From Priapulus caudatus (taxonomy: Eukaryota), in NCBI RefSeq assembly GCF_000485595.1, contig NW_014577062.1, forward strand, positions 1,287,646 to 1,325,016: a DNA stretch of 37,371 nucleotides. The letters are read 5' to 3'. The position numbers and the translations under genes were made by a program. The notes under the pieces were generated by a model. It did not search any database, had not been told where the DNA came from, and saw nothing but the letters and a program-made list of their open reading frames with translations. Shown here in pieces: positions 35,607 to 37,371 of the stretch (position 1 is the first letter of the stretch; every line of letters begins with the position of its first letter).

Positions 35607-36811
35607 GTACGCGAGTACACAGAGAATCGGCGGAGATACACGCACGTACACGCGGGTACACGCACGTACAAGCAGGTACACGCACGTACACGCAGATACA
35701 CGCACGTATATGCGGGTACACGCACGTACACGCAGATACACGCACGTACACGCTGGTACACGCACGTACACGCAGATACACGCACGTATATGCGGGTACA
35801 CGCACGTACACACAGATACACGCACGTACACGCGTGCACGGGTACACGCACGTACACGCGGGTACACGGAAATACACGCACGTACACGCGTGTACACGCA
35901 TTTACACGCGGGTACACGCACGTACACGCAGATACACGCACGTACACGCAGATACACGCACGTATATGCGGGTACACGCACGTACACGCACGTACACGCA
36001 GATACACGCACGTATATGCGGGTACACGCACGTAGACGCAGATACACGCACGTACACGCTGGTAAACGCACGTACACGCACGTGCACGCGGGTACACGCA
36101 CGTACACGCGGGTACACGCACGTACACACAGGTACACGCACGTGCACGCGGGTACACGCACGTACACGCGGATACATGCACGTACACGCGGGTACACGCA
36201 CGTACACGCGGGTACACGCACGTACACGCGGGTACACGCACGTACACGCGGGTACACGCACGTACACGCGGGTACACGGAGATACACGCACGTACACGCG
36301 GGTACACGCACGTGTACGCGGGTACACGCACGTACACGCAGGTACACGCACGTACACGCGGGTACACGCACGTACACCCAGATACACGCACGTACACGCG
36401 GGTACACGCACGTACACGCGCGTGCACGCAAGTACACGCACGTACACGAGGGTACACGGAGATACACGCACGTACACGCGTGTACACGCACGTACATGCA
36501 GATACACGCACGTACACGAGGGTACACGCACGTACACGCACGTACACGTGGGTACACGCAGATACACGCACGTACACGCGGGTACACGCACGTACACGCG
36601 GGTACACGCACGTGCACGCGGGTACACGCACGTGCACGCGGGTACACGCACGTACACGCGGGTACACGCACGTACACGCGAGTACACGCACGTACACGCG
36701 GGTACACGCACGTACATGCAGGTACACGCACGTACACGCAGATACACGCACGTACACGCGGGTACACGCACGTACACGCGGGTACACGGAGATACACGCG
36801 GGTACACGCAC
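35607..36811. repeat. 10-bp-based minisatellite (GTACACGCAC/GTACACGCGG/ATACACGCAC variants)
   Basis: Visible 10/20-bp periodicity over about 1.2 kb. Confidence 0.97.
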
Positions 36812-36920
36812 TTAGCTGGGAAACGCCGGCCGATTGCGTTCCTAACAACGTACGTGCTACCGCGCTTTCCGTCATGCCTCTGTGCGCATGACTGTGCAGT
36901 AGGTATACATTTGATTTGGT

Positions 36921-36995
36921 GATAGACGAGCCTCGGCAATTGCTCGATAGACGAGCCTCGGCAATTGCTCGATAGACGAGCCTCAGCAATTACTC
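36921..36995. repeat. 25-bp tandem repeat, 3 copies
   Basis: GATAGACGAGCCTCGGCAATTGCTC at 36921, 36946, 36971. Confidence 0.93.
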
Positions 36996-37094
36996 CATTC
37001 CATGATTCAATACGCCTATTCAGTATTCCTGCCTTTGATTTGTCAATTCGTCAAATCGTCAATTTGGCGATTCAATTTGGCAATTTGTTATTTA

Positions 37095-37260
37095 ATTGCT
37101 CAATTGAACGTTTGAATGATTAAACGACTGTTCAATTGAACAATCAATCGATCAACTGAACAATCAATTGATCAATTAAACGTTTGAACGATTAAATTGA
37201 CTGTTCAATTAAACGTTTGAATGATTAAATTGACTGTTCAATTGAACAATCAATCGATCA
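37095..37260. repeat. Degenerate AT-rich repeat (TTCAATTGAAC / AACGTTTGAATGATTAAA modules)
   Basis: Recurrent modules visible. Confidence 0.8.
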
Positions 37261-37371
37261 GAGTTGCGCTTTATAATGCCTTCATATTACCAGGGCAAAC
37301 ATTAGGCAGCTGATCTGTAACTGCAAATACACTGTAAAGAATTGCACCCACACTCCCACATCGCGGTTAAC
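37261..37371. repeat. Second copy of 35156..35266, running off the window end
   Basis: Exact match up to the last base of the window. Confidence 0.95.

Noticed and set aside
35354..36989. Long ORFs (345-522 aa) in several frames
   Set aside because: They come from a stop-free 10-bp minisatellite open on both strands; no domain features.

Overview
Repeat-rich animal (probably protostome invertebrate) genomic DNA. The left quarter is a three-level transposon nest. A small TIR element (1124..9151) contains a complete but decayed minus-strand BEL/Pao LTR retrotransposon (1226..9070, TSD ATGTA), whose integrase is interrupted by a 1080-bp solo LTR (3087..4166, TSD CTAG). The BEL/Pao element has no tRNA-type primer-binding site. 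Instead, the 11 nt next to its 5' LTR are perfectly complementary to an 11-mer inside its own LTR, the geometry of Tf1/sushi-type self-priming. The only clear host gene is a two-coding-exon aminergic GPCR (tyramine type-2/alpha-octopamine receptor-like; 26169..26443 + 27678..29169, 588 aa). Its intron is filled with tandem copies of its own intron/exon-2 junction, and a second upstream array is built on a 5' splice-donor consensus. The rest is micro/minisatellites, non-autonomous DNA transposons (Kolobok-like, hAT-like, 37-52 bp P-like hairpins), an RTE 5'UTR-like fragment and an exact duplication at the window end.
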